Source: Marsupella aquatica
Taxonomy: Eukaryota > Plantae > Marchantiophyta
Direction: 5' to 3'
Assembly: GCA_973895155.1 (NCBI GenBank)
Contig: OZ316892.1
Span: forward strand, 3,165,223-3,229,222
Length of the DNA stretch: 64,000 nucleotides
Within the stretch, counting starts at the first letter, position 1; each line of letters starts with the position of its first letter. The notes beneath the pieces were generated by a model. It saw only the letters and a program-made list of their open reading frames with translations. It did no database searches and was not told the DNA's origin. The position numbers and the translations under genes are program-made. This document shows positions 13,180 to 24,349 of the stretch, in pieces.

Positions 13180-13329
13180 TCTTGCCAGTCTCTTGTTCAA
13201 AGCATCTTGAATTTATTTTTTGAGAAGAAATACAAACTTTTTACAAAAAAGCCAAACAGAGTACCAAAAGAACAAACAAAAGAGGCTGGACAAAAACCAA
13301 ACACAAAAGAAGTGAGCAAAGGGAAACCT
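13180..13329 (-). mobile_element. Short, diverged 3'-UTR fragment of the same retrotransposon family
   Basis: Aligns by eye to 7415-7567 (e.g. 'ggacaaaa(a)ccaaac.caaaagaagtgagca..ggaaacc'), in the same orientation. Confidence 0.7.
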
Positions 13330-14100
13330 TGAATGCTCCTTAGTGACTGGTACTTGTTGTAGTTGGTAGGAACTACATTTAAAAAAGATGAATTAAAAGT
13401 TTTCTCTTCAGCCAGTTGCATTGCTAGAGGTTTCACATATAAAGCAGGTTTCACATATAAAGCGCACAGCTATACTTTCTACGCAAACTAGCCCAATTAT
13501 GTGTTCCTTGAACAACATAAATAGATATGAAGAAAAATAATATTGTATAATATTTTTTTATGCTATTTCAGTTCATCTTTGTCCCATGTTTGTTTTTTGT
13601 CCACCCTCATTTCAATTTTGTCTATTCTCATTTAAAGTTTTTAAATTTTGGTCTGTATAAAGGGTTATGGTCTAGAGGCCACTCTAGACTCTAGGCCCTT
13701 TTAAGAGTAAATTTTTATAATAAAATTTTAGCACATTTGGTACCAAGTGAATGGCTTGTGAATGATACAAAGATGTTTTAAAAATGATTAGTGATTTGCC
13801 AAAATTAACGGTCTAGATCTGACCATACATAGATCTAGTGACTTCGATGATGTGATTGGTGTTCCATGCTATCCCCCCAAACCGACCGCTAATTAACGGC
13901 TAAGATGGCGCAGTCAGGATCGAGGGCAGATCGCGACCACCGATGTCTTCCTCCTCAGTCGGGATTCAGGGATATGTAATCCCATGGAACCCGAACGAGC
14001 TCGACTCCATTCGCTCGCCCTGTGAATCGTCTCGTGTACTGTCAGAAGAAATTCAATGGAGTCTCATCCGTGAGGTCTCGAGCGATTGCAATTTCCTCTT

Positions 14101-15425
14101 CGCAATGTGCGAAGCACGAAGAACGATTCTCGATCCAGAAGAAATGTGCATCGACGCCCGTCGCGGAGGGTTTAGTAGCGCTCACTCCTCATGTCCGGGC
14201 AAGTAATTGGTCACGGAAATTCATCACCGGAGAGGAGCTTTTATCAGTGAAAACCCCGAAAGGGCAATTGCTGTGAAACCCGAGTTTCTGGAAGTTCTCT
14301 CTTCGCATCCGCAAAGTGTCCATGGCCGGCGGTCATTCTTGAGGTGAGTTCTTTGTGCATCTCCTGCGGATTCCCTTTTCGGATGGCCTTTGTTTTGGTT
14401 TCAGGTTTTCATGTTTGCTACTTCTTGACGGCTAGGTTTATGAAATTGCCTGAGAATCGTGTGTTCTTGGTGGTAGGATTTTGAGGTCGTTGGAGTTGAT
14501 TTTGTTGCAACTGATGATTCGATGTGAAGGAGCTGTTGGTCGCTTGCACTGGTCAGTGCCTCATCCCACGGATGAGAAGGGAGCTCTGGAATTCTGTGTC
14601 GCTAGGGCACATTCGGAGTATCACTGATGGATGCAAGTTCGGGCTTCAGACAGAAGTTATGAGATGAACAAAATGCTGACATTCTGCTTTCCCGGTTCTG
14701 AAATGGCATCCAGACGAACAGAGTAGGGAACAATCGGCAGCTTTTAATTTCAAAAGGTCAACGCGGCATATCGAAGGTACGAAATGTTGGTCGAACCTGA
14801 GAGACGTGGACTCTTCTCTCAGAAGTCGTTTTGGATTCCGAAGTGGCTGAAAGGCTTTGTGGAAATGTTCCTGCATATCATACATTGCGCGTATGTTATT
14901 GCAAGATGTACAAATGCCGTTTCTTCTCTCCTGCTACCACATGAGGCAGTGGCGAAATGACTCGTCGAATGTGCCCTAAATACTGGCAATTGGCAATATT
15001 GGAGTCGAAGCTATTTCTCGAAGTTGCATAAGGAAACGACTGAGTGGGTAAGGTTTTGGCGAAGTCGAAAAAGATGCTCGTAAGACTTTTGGTTATTAAT
15101 TCGGCCAGTTGCCGTTTTTTCACAACGGCATCATTTACTTATGACGTGCGTTGCTCTTCCGTAATATTCCGTTCTTTTTCGAAAACAACACCGGTAAACT
15201 AAGAGCATCTAGACTCGGGGGCATTGACAGAATCCGATCTCAGGAATCTCTATGCTAGAAAGTGTCCTTGAACAGAGGCTGCGACAATCTGTGAGATGGC
15301 ACATATGGACTAGGTGGGAAGATATAATGGCTGATGTTTTCTTTGTCTTGTGCAGTATAGAGTAATCCAACTAAGCGCCTTGACTCTGATAGGAACGGTG
15401 CTTTTGTCCTGGACTAGAGCATTTC
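14101..15425 (+). pseudogene. Inverted genomic duplicate of the DnaJ gene (part of intron 1 through exon 4), decayed
   Basis: Exon-2 copy 14477-14551 reads DFEVVGVDFVATDDSM*RSCWSLAL (CGA>TGA). Exon-3 copy 14701-14776 reads KWHPDE... with a 1-nt deletion and acceptor CAG>CTG. Exon-4 copy ~15356-15425. The introns also align to the reverse complement of ~3577-2286. Confidence 0.9.
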
Positions 15426-15639
15426 CGGTCGGGTCCTTCTGAAGATTCAAGGGATTGAGCAGGCTAGAATAATGATACCACGCTTGGTAGTCTCAAGATT
15501 GAGAATAGACGACCAATCACGACTATAAGAAGAGGAGACAAATTGTTAAGACTGAGGGAATACAATGGAAGCGAAGGATTTGGTGAGAAGGATGATGATG
15601 AGGAGGCAGTAGAACTCTGGACAACGATGCCGTAGAACC

Positions 15640-17400
15640 ATGGCGAACAGTGGCGGCATTGGGGTTGGTGTGGCGGGGGCCGGGCAAGGAGGAGGAATTG
15701 AAGGGTTGAGGTTTAGCGACTTGGTAACAGGCGTTACCGGAGCAGGAGGAGCGAAAGGAGCCGCGGAATGGACGGACGTGGCCGTCGCAACCTTTCTCGA
15801 GTGCTTCGCGGAGAAATACGCAGCAGTGAAGCACAAAAATTTGAGAGGAAAGGATTGGAAGGAGGTCGTTGATAACCTAAACAAGAAGTGTGTAGCAGAA
15901 GGTGGCCCCTATTTCGAGTATAAGCAGTGTAGGAACAAATTGGACGGTCTAAAAAAGCGCTTCCGGCAGGAGAAAGAGAGTTTGAACGCCAATTTGCAAC
16001 CGAGCAAATGGCAATGGTATTCCCGAATGTGCGAACTGAGGGGCAGGAGGAATCCCAGGCTCAGTGGCGGGCTAGAGAAAGCAGAACTCGATTTGACAGA
16101 GGGGGTCGATAATACCTCGGATAGCAAGGAACATCTAGATGGGGGCGATGGTTTGGGGATTGGAACACCCACCGAAGCTCCCAATAGGAGTGGGACGCCC
16201 CCGTTTTGTAGTCAAAACGAGGTCGATACTGCTAGCCCGCGTAGCAAGCCCCGAGCAATTTTGGGAAAGAAAACGAGAAAGCGGCGAAGAAGCCATATGC
16301 ACACCCCTCCTCCCGGCAGCACAAATCAACAGGTTATATTGTGGCCCGGGTAAGACCCAAGTCCAACTCTTCCTCTGCTACTGAAGCATTTTTTGTTTGT
16401 TTTGGGGTTGTCCGCCAAAGTTGCTCTCTCTGTACAACATCCAGAAAAGTAGTGTAGACACTAAAGAGTTTATTGATGTTGGAGAAGATAAGAGTGACAG
16501 CTATGTTTGTGGAGGCTGTTGGAGTCTACGAGTGCTGAAATTCCTGCGGTCGCCTTCACTGCTGTTTAAGATGAAATAATGAGTTACCTTCCAGTTGTTT
16601 CCAGTTGATTTAGAATCGTATGTTCTGTGGTTTCGAAGGATGTGTTGAGTTTTTGTTGTCTCTCCGTCTCGTCTCCGCCACAGTTGTCCTTTCCTTTCTC
16701 TCCACAATAATAATTACTTGAGGATGGTCTTTGTGGTTACAATTCGCAGTTCTTATTGATATTTGCAAACGAGCGCGTTTCCGAGATCTTCTCATATCGA
16801 GAAGTTGAAATTGTGGGATTTTTTCCCACATTTTCTGAAGTCATCTTGTGTTTTCCACTGTACATTTAGTCCACCAAGTGCTGTAGTGGCCCTAGATTTG
16901 GGCTAGATTCTGGGTTGAGAGTATAGTCTGCTTGCCGGATAGTTTGGTGCAAGAGTGGAGATACAGGAGGAAGGATTTGCCTCAAGTCTAGTGGTACTGG
17001 CGAGGCATGAGTTTATGGGTTTCTAGCTCCAGTGATATGAATGTTCAATTGTGAATGTTCCGAATATCATCCTGAAGGTTTCATGCTCTGTGGAGGGTTG
17101 AAGTTCGTTTCATTTTGCGGCAGGGAAAATCAAAGAAAGCCCCTGGCGACAGACCGGACATATAAGCTGAAAATTAAACGTGCGGGTGAAGAAGATTTTG
17201 AAGATTTGTTCCACCTCACTGGATATACTGTCCAAGATCTGATCGATAGCTTTAAGGCTGTTTACTGGGAAGAAGAAAACACCCAAGTACGTGTCCAGCT
17301 AAAGGACACGTCTACCGACGCTTGGGTGACTGTTGCTCCTTCCGTTTCGTTGTCACAGTACGGGATGGACGCACAGATTATTGTCAAGCCTCAAGGTTAA
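15640..17400 (+). CDS. Trihelix (Myb/SANT-like, SIP1/ASIL-type) DNA-binding protein with an atypical C-terminal domain, ~328 aa
   Basis: Exon 15640-16349 (GG|gtaaga) joins exon 17124-17400 (cag|G) in phase 2. Trihelix signature WTDVAVATFLE...LRGKDWKEV...QCRNKLDGLKKRFRQEK...WQWYSRM, plus a basic NLS-like KKTRKRRR. Confidence 0.88.
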
Positions 17401-18077
17401 TGAGTTTCACAATACCTTATATGTTTTCAATAACTGTAATAGATGTTTGGAAGCACATTTGAATACGAGATGCCGGTTTGAAGGGTTTTTTCATGTTATC
17501 AGGGAGTGTAGAAGCTGTTCCACTCAGGGGAATCGATCTGATAGTGGTTTTTCAAGTGGCAGGCTTTGTTGCTGGGCAGCTGGGCATGACAGGGGTGTCA
17601 CAATGCCCATCGTAACGGCTTGAGGTCTTTCAAATTTACCTGTCATTGAGGTACGTCGTTTAGCTCGAACATACTTATTTGCAAGTCGAGTTTGCATTTC
17701 GAGAAGAGATACGTTCAAGGTTTGCTTTTGCACTTTAGGACGCTGTTACGATAAGTAATGGTTTGAAAATTGGACCTAACAGTTAGCGTGGGGACTTCTC
17801 AAAGAAGAAAACAGAGAAGTGAAGAGGAAGCGCATTTTTAATCTATCTCTACTCGACGACAGCTGGTTTAGTATCCTCACCACTTGCTCCTTTTGTCCTT
17901 TGTGCCCTACATATAGCACTGAAATACTGAGAGAAAATTCTGTTGATTTCCTATTACTATCGGTCCCTTCTACCGATAACTGAAATTTATCCCTTTTGAC
18001 CATCACTGAGATGTCATATACATGATAATGATACACTTTTTTTGGTGGGTCTCAAAGGACCGTCGAATTTACAATTA

Positions 18078-18780
18078 TCAAAAGTTGCCGCAGGAGGGTT
18101 TGGGTACTAATGACAAGTCCACATGAGACGCTTCCTGCATAGGAGATGTGTATCTTTGGGCTGATGATGTCCTGCACATTCACAAGAAACTTGAAAATCC
18201 CTAATTTGATGAGAATTAGGTGGCAGACTAGGAACTAGTGCTCTTTCTATTGCATTGCTTGATGCAGCCCCCTAACATCTACTGTTTGGAAATGTGCATG
18301 CAGACTTTACGATGTATCTGGCACTTTCGGGTGCCGTTTGCTCTGTATAGCTGCCAAGCTATGCAGAAAGGCCTGCAGGAACAATTCTCATAGAACCAAA
18401 ACATGGGGATGAGAATCCGCTTACTACAATGCGTCTATCTAGTCAAGCAAACTTCATCCAACGAGCAAGCGTCACTCACGAAAATTATCAAGGGCTTAAA
18501 CTGCTGCAATGAGAGGAGATGGCATGGATAGGAAATGCAAGGGAAGGCACGAGTTCTTCAGTGAAACTCCTCTGATGCCATTATGCTGCAGATGGACGGA
18601 TGATGTACCCAGAACCTGCTGACACGGAAATCATGAAACGATTGTGAAGGAGAAGAATGCCTGTTCATTTCGTGGACCTAATTATGGTCACGACGCTGCT
18701 TCCGTGTTAGTTTCTTACAATGTGGACCCACGATCTAAAGCACGCAAGTTGGAGGAGCCATACGAAAGAATTCTTTTCAT
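18078..18780 (-). CDS. Putative small 5-exon orphan ORF (~82 aa)
   Basis: Exons 18780-18764, 18660-18609, 18503-18480, 18372-18311 and 18171-18078 are joined by four GT-AG introns (103, 105, 107, 139 nt) that keep the frame open. No recognisable domain. Confidence 0.3.
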
Positions 18781-19220
18781 TGTTTGAAGTGGACTACGGA
18801 CATTTCGGTTCTCATCCGAACGATTAAAAATTTCTGTGAAGCGACGCTTGTGAACTACACGGACCTCACTCTTTGTCTACCGTCATAGTTTTAGGGGACC
18901 CAAATTGTATAATCTAGTCTGATGACATGTGCCCTTCCAACTTTTTCGGTATTCTCGGTAACTTATTATTTGCGTGATATAACATCCATCTGATCATATA
19001 CGTCCTACCTGAGTTGTCGTTTAATTTAAAAGATGAGGGCGAAAGTGGGAATATAGCGCACTCGCTCCACTATGAACCTGACCGTTAACTCATTGTTGAT
19101 AACGATCTTGTGGGCAATTGGTGAGCAACTATTGTACTTAAATAGAAAAAGGGTTGGATTTTATTTGTCATTGTTCAAGAGATAATATTTCGGGTTAGCA
19201 GATCTCCAAGCAAATTAACT

Positions 19221-20849
19221 TCTATAATACAAGGTTGCGTCGTCATTCAAAAATATGGTGCCAAGAAAAGACGTATTGTGGTCGTCATTCAAAAATACGG
19301 TGCCAAAAAAAAAGTAATTAATAAACAGAAGGGATAAAATCAAAAGCAAATTAAATATAGAGTAAACCAAAAAATAACTGGAATCTTTTCACACAAACAG
19401 TAATCAATGGGTGGACACAAAAAACAAAAAATGTAACTAACCCTGTTCCATGCACTTTTCACACAAAAATGAATCTAATGGTGGAAACAAAAGACAACAA
19501 ATGTACCTAACCCTTTTGTATGCAAAGAGTATCATAAGTCACTATATACTATATCCTCTAAAAATGGATATGATATTATTTATAAACTCAAGAAAAAATG
19601 GGAACAATACTAGGTCTTAAGTAAAACTTTGTTTTTCTGCAACTGTGGGATTGATCCATATCTCTATTAATCTCAATTACCTCTTCTCTACCTTGCCTTG
19701 ACATATTTTTCACATCTTGCCATTTTTTCTCACATTGACATCTTTATCTCACGACAACTTTTTCTCACCCTCAACATCGTTTAGGTCCTTGATTTTTGTT
19801 TCTCTCATCGATATATTTTCTCACCTGACTCATCATCTTTGATCACCTTGACATCTTTATCTCATCACAACATCTTTCCCTCACCCTCGACATATTTTCT
19901 CTCCTCAACGTCTTTTTCTCACCTCACCGTGTTTTATCTCTCCTCGACATCTTTTCTTCACATTGACTTCTTTGTCTCACATCAACATCTCTTTTTCTCA
20001 TTGACATTTGTTTTTACCTCAACATCTCTTTTTCTCATTGACATTTGTTTTCACCTCAACATCTGACCTGTTTCTCACCTTCACATTTTTATCTCACCAC
20101 AACATCTTTCCCTCACCCTCGACATCTTTTCCTCATCTTCACATATTTTTCTCACATCGCCATCTTTTCTCTCCTTGACATAGTTTTTGCTCTACTTCTT
20201 TTTCTTAGCTAAACATCTCTTTTTCTCATCAACAATTTTGTTCACCCCAACATCTTTTTTCTCACCTCGACATTTCTCTCCTTGATATCTTTTTCTCACT
20301 TCAACTTTTTTTCTCACCTCAACGTCTTTTTCTCACCACATCATCTTTTGTGCAACATTTGTCTTAACAAAGTCTTTTTTACTTAAGGACAACTTTTCTC
20401 TTAACTACATCTTCGGCAACATGGCATTTCTTTTATTAAGGACATATTGGGTGCCACATCTTTTTTCTTAACACTATCTTGGTTGACATGATATTTATGT
20501 CTCAAGGACATCTTGGGTGACACAATATCATTTTTATTAAGTACATCTTGGGTGTCACAACATCTTTTTTCTTAGCAACATCTTGGGTGAGACAATATCT
20601 TTTTTCTTTATTAATGACACATTGGGCGACACAACATGCTTTTTCTTTATGACATCTTCAGTTGGGCGACACGACATTTTCTTTCTTAACGACATCTTGG
20701 GCGACACCACATCTTTTCTTCTTAACGGCATCTTGGGCGACACAACATATTTTTGTCTTAACGACATCTTAGAGGACACGACATCTTTTTTCTTAATGAC
20801 ATCTTGGGCAACACGACATCTTTTGTGCAACGCACGGGTATTGAGCTAG
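19221..20849 (+). mobile_element. Non-autonomous Helitron (copy 1) with internal minisatellite
   Basis: 5' TCTATAATACAAGGTTGCG resembles the start at 55993. The 3' end has the GTGCAACGCAC hairpin and CTAG (20846-20849) followed by T. GACATC-core repeats fill ~19690-20825. Confidence 0.8.
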
Positions 20850-21567
20850 TATCTAATAATCTATTTCCAGTGCATTTGGTTCAGTTTAGGCTTAAGTCAG
20901 ATGTTCCATCCGAATATATCAGGAGATCCTCCACATCCATTGCTCGAATGATTCGGTGTTTAGTGTGCATCAATCTGGGTGGAGCTTACCATGAAATGAA
21001 GCAAAGCTCCGGGAGAATCTATGGACATTATGGTACTATAATCCTGAGTTGGGAGCACAGAAATCGGTCATTCGGACAATGTCTCCCTAAGTAAGGAAGG
21101 AATCCCATTTTGGCTCCCACAATATCAAGTGGCTTGCTATTTTTTATTTATGCGCTGTTCCCTGAAGGTTATCGGGACAATTTACTGAATTGGAAATTAA
21201 TGCCCAGATGGACCTCGACTCAATTGAAATATAATGCATGGATTGAATAAAAATTGAAAAACAAGGTTTGATATTGCTATTTACATCTTTGTCCAAAAAG
21301 TATACTATCAATAACCAAATCATAAAATATTTTCTTTTGTCATTAACTCCATAATTATTTTTGTTCTAAAGATCTTTGGTCAGATTACACTATTAATTGA
21401 GAACTTTGTTCCATTCTCCTAATCCTCCATATAATTACCCTAATCATTATTTGTAGAGTTTAATAAAAAGATAAAATATAAGGTACATTTTTAGTTCTCA
21501 AATACTGTATTTGGCCTTTATAGTAGATGAAACCTCGAGTAGATTGATTAAGTGTTTCACATTTTTC

Positions 21568-22390
21568 ACATAGCATCTCAAGTAGCTCGGGGGGGGGGGG
21601 GGGGGGGGGTTCACTTCCGCGGAAGTGCCACATCACGTGCAACGAAGTATAGGCCATTTAATTGGGTTCGGCAAAAGACTTCCGAAGTTTCGTGGAAGAA
21701 CAATAGGGTGTGTTTTAATTGTTGGGCCGCTCAAAGTGTGAGTAAATTGTGATATATAATTGACTATTGTTTATTTGAAAGTACTTTGTTGTGTGTGTAT
21801 GTGATGCATGTGTAGGGTTAGTGGGAGGGAGTAGAGTAGGGGATGGCGGATTGGCAAATTCAGATTTATGCTCAATCAGGGTTCAATTCCCCTCCGTCAT
21901 GTGAACATCATCATGTTGGGAGCTTGTGAAGCAAGGTAGAGACCCGATGCCTTGAATAGGTAACCCATGGTGTTTGGTTACCTATTCAGGGTATCTGGCA
22001 CCCACCGTGCTTCACTATTCAAGAGTGAAAACTACAGTTGTTAGATGATCATGAATGCAATTTACAAGATATTGAGCTTCATGATCTAAATGCATTGAAT
22101 GTATTGGAAATGCATATCAATTTGCACAATTGGCTCTACACTATTGAGGTTAGTACTTTTCTTTCCTTAATAGGCAATTTTTAAATCATCATAAAACTTT
22201 ACATAGGGGTAAACAATTCAAAAAATGGCTGCTTTTCAGAAAGTAAGGGAGTGGGGAAAAAACAATTCACTTAAAAGTTAGGGGGTCGAGACCCTAAAAC
22301 GTTGCACGTGATATAGAGCCCTACATATAGTGACCCGACCGCCCCCCACCCCACCCCCCCCCCCCCCCCGAGTCAAGTAGTGGCTAATGT
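21568..22390. mobile_element. Old foldback/TIR element with poly-G and poly-C arms
   Basis: Left arm CTC-G-run-TTCAC...ATCACGTGCAACG is mirrored by right arm CGTTGCACGTGAT...GTGAC...C-run-GAG. Confidence 0.55.
21926..22015 (+). other. ~40-bp imperfect stem-loop with a 10-nt loop (pre-miRNA-like)
   Basis: GTGAAGCA...GATGCCTTGAATAGGTAACC pairs with GGTTACCTATTCAGGGTATC...TGCTTCAC. Two mismatches become G:U pairs on the + strand. Confidence 0.6.
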
Positions 22391-23469
22391 TTAGAAAACA
22401 AAATGATTTTTGCAAAATGACTATACTTACAATTTTCTGAAATGTTGTTGTCAAATTTTGAATTTCATAGAGCATTGCTCTTGGTCCTGGGATTGTAGTA
22501 ATCTCATTGTGTAGCTATTTTGAGCATTGCTGAGGAATCATATTTTTAAGAAATCATTGCTCTTATTATAAAGGGTTTGACTCATTTTATTGCTATAAAA
22601 CTATTTGAGATTTTACTTTTTGGAAGTATTTTTTGCGAATGATATTTTTAAAAGACTTTTGCTGCCCAGAGAGGCATGACTTTGTGGTAGCTCACTTGAA
22701 TTGAAACTGATCGGTCTTGGGTCCAACTGTTGTGGCTGACACTTCCCAACTATTGTGGCTGCCTCTTCCCTTTCTGTGGGGTTTCACAGATTTCCCCTTA
22801 AATTTATTTTAAAAAAATTAAAAAAATTAAAAAGAAAAGAGTTTTGCTCTTGTTACAAAAACCTCTGAGTAATTTTTTCGTTGCAAATCTACTAGAAATC
22901 ATGTTGCAGATCAACTAGAAATCATGTCATATGTTGCTACTCTTATTACAAGAAGCCTATTGAGTACTCTGCCACTCCATAGCTACCAGAGATTTCAAAT
23001 ATGCACCTTTATTCATTCTATTCAGATTTTAATTTGACTTTTAGTAGCACACGTTCTTCTTATGGTAAAAAACAATTAGGAGTATTTACCATCCATTTGC
23101 AGTTGACTATCTCATGATCGGGTGTAAAATGGTTTGTTTCCGTGTCACAGTCCATGAAGGTAGTGGAAGTCAATGTAGCAGTACCTCCGGGCTTTAGTTT
23201 CATGAATTGTACTTCTTTGATACTAAATTGAAAGTTGTGTAGGGTTTAGGTTTTAGTAACTTTGAATTGTGTGCATTGATATGCTCTTAAATCCGCAAAA
23301 AATGTTCTTTTACATCCACTCTGAGCTCTCAAGAGTGTAGTCTTGCAAATGTTGGAAGAGAGTACTCTTTTTAAGGTTTTAGGGATGTCAAAGCTGTGTC
23401 ATAACCAAGGTTTTATTAGCTAATATTAATGTCTGGACTTCTGATTTTTCTGGGCACCTACACACCACA

Positions 23470-23650
23470 TTTAACCTGATGGGCAAGTTAACCGTCACAT
23501 GATGGCCAAAAAAGGTGCAATTTGACGTATATTCTACCTGATTCCCCCGAACTCCCCCGGACTCCGGCTCGACCCAATCCGAACCCCAACCCGGCCTACC
23601 CAAACCCGACCCTGGCCCAACCGAACCTGGCCGAACCGAACCTGGTACAG
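23470..23650. mobile_element. hAT-like subterminal remnant (ACCCG/AACCG motifs)
   Basis: Repeated ACCCG/CCGAACC motifs; inverted similarity to 5160-5310. Confidence 0.45.
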
Positions 23651-24349
23651 TTTCTGTCCTAATCCTAAAGCTGTTCTATGTCCTTGGCCGTATTGTCTTT
23701 TAAGGTACTGTAAGAGAACTGGGGACAATAATGTTTTGTGTAGGAGACAGCACAATGTTCCATTTCACATTTGCAAACGGTCACCATTTTCCAACATGAT
23801 TCTTGCTTTAGATACTTCGAGCTATGGTCTTCATTGATTGCCAACTAAGTTATGGGTCATCACCATCGAATTATTTCCCTAAAGAACTGATGAGATTTAG
23901 AGAATCTACCGCAATCTCTGAGATTGTATTACGACAAACCACCCAACATCTCCATGCAAATAGTTGATGCGAATCCTTTGCAACATACGTTGGCAAATTC
24001 CAGATGATTTGAAGCAGCCGGTATTTTGAATGTATAGTGTACAAGCCTGAAGAAAATCACCACCTTTCAAATATTGTTGGAAATTTGGGGGTGATTTGAA
24101 CCAGACAGTATTTATAAAAGTACAATGTACAAGCCGGAAGCAGATATGCTCAGATATGTAAGAAACTACTACACCCTTTTGATCTGCTGCGGGTTGCTCT
24201 CCCCAACCGCACGCACTATACTGCTATGTGTGAACTTCCCAGATCGTCATTATAATAACATAATTTTTCTTCTTCGAATTCGTGAGGGAGCTATAAAGCA
24301 ATGCCATCTACACTTCTCAAACAACAGAGGCAAGTCTAATTCATACCTG

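Noticed and set aside
20380-20825. CRISPR-like regular repeats (also 57800-58780)
   Set aside because: The units are degenerate and contiguous with no unique spacers, there are no cas genes, and the context is eukaryotic. They end in Helitron termini.
21841-21900. tRNA gene
   Set aside because: A/B-box-like motifs are present but the segment is too short and has no anticodon arm or cloverleaf. Kept only as a weak Pol III-like finding.
23240-23256. Interstitial telomeric repeat (TAGGGTTTAGGTTTTAG)
   Set aside because: Only 2-3 imperfect units, which is common by chance in plant intergenic DNA.
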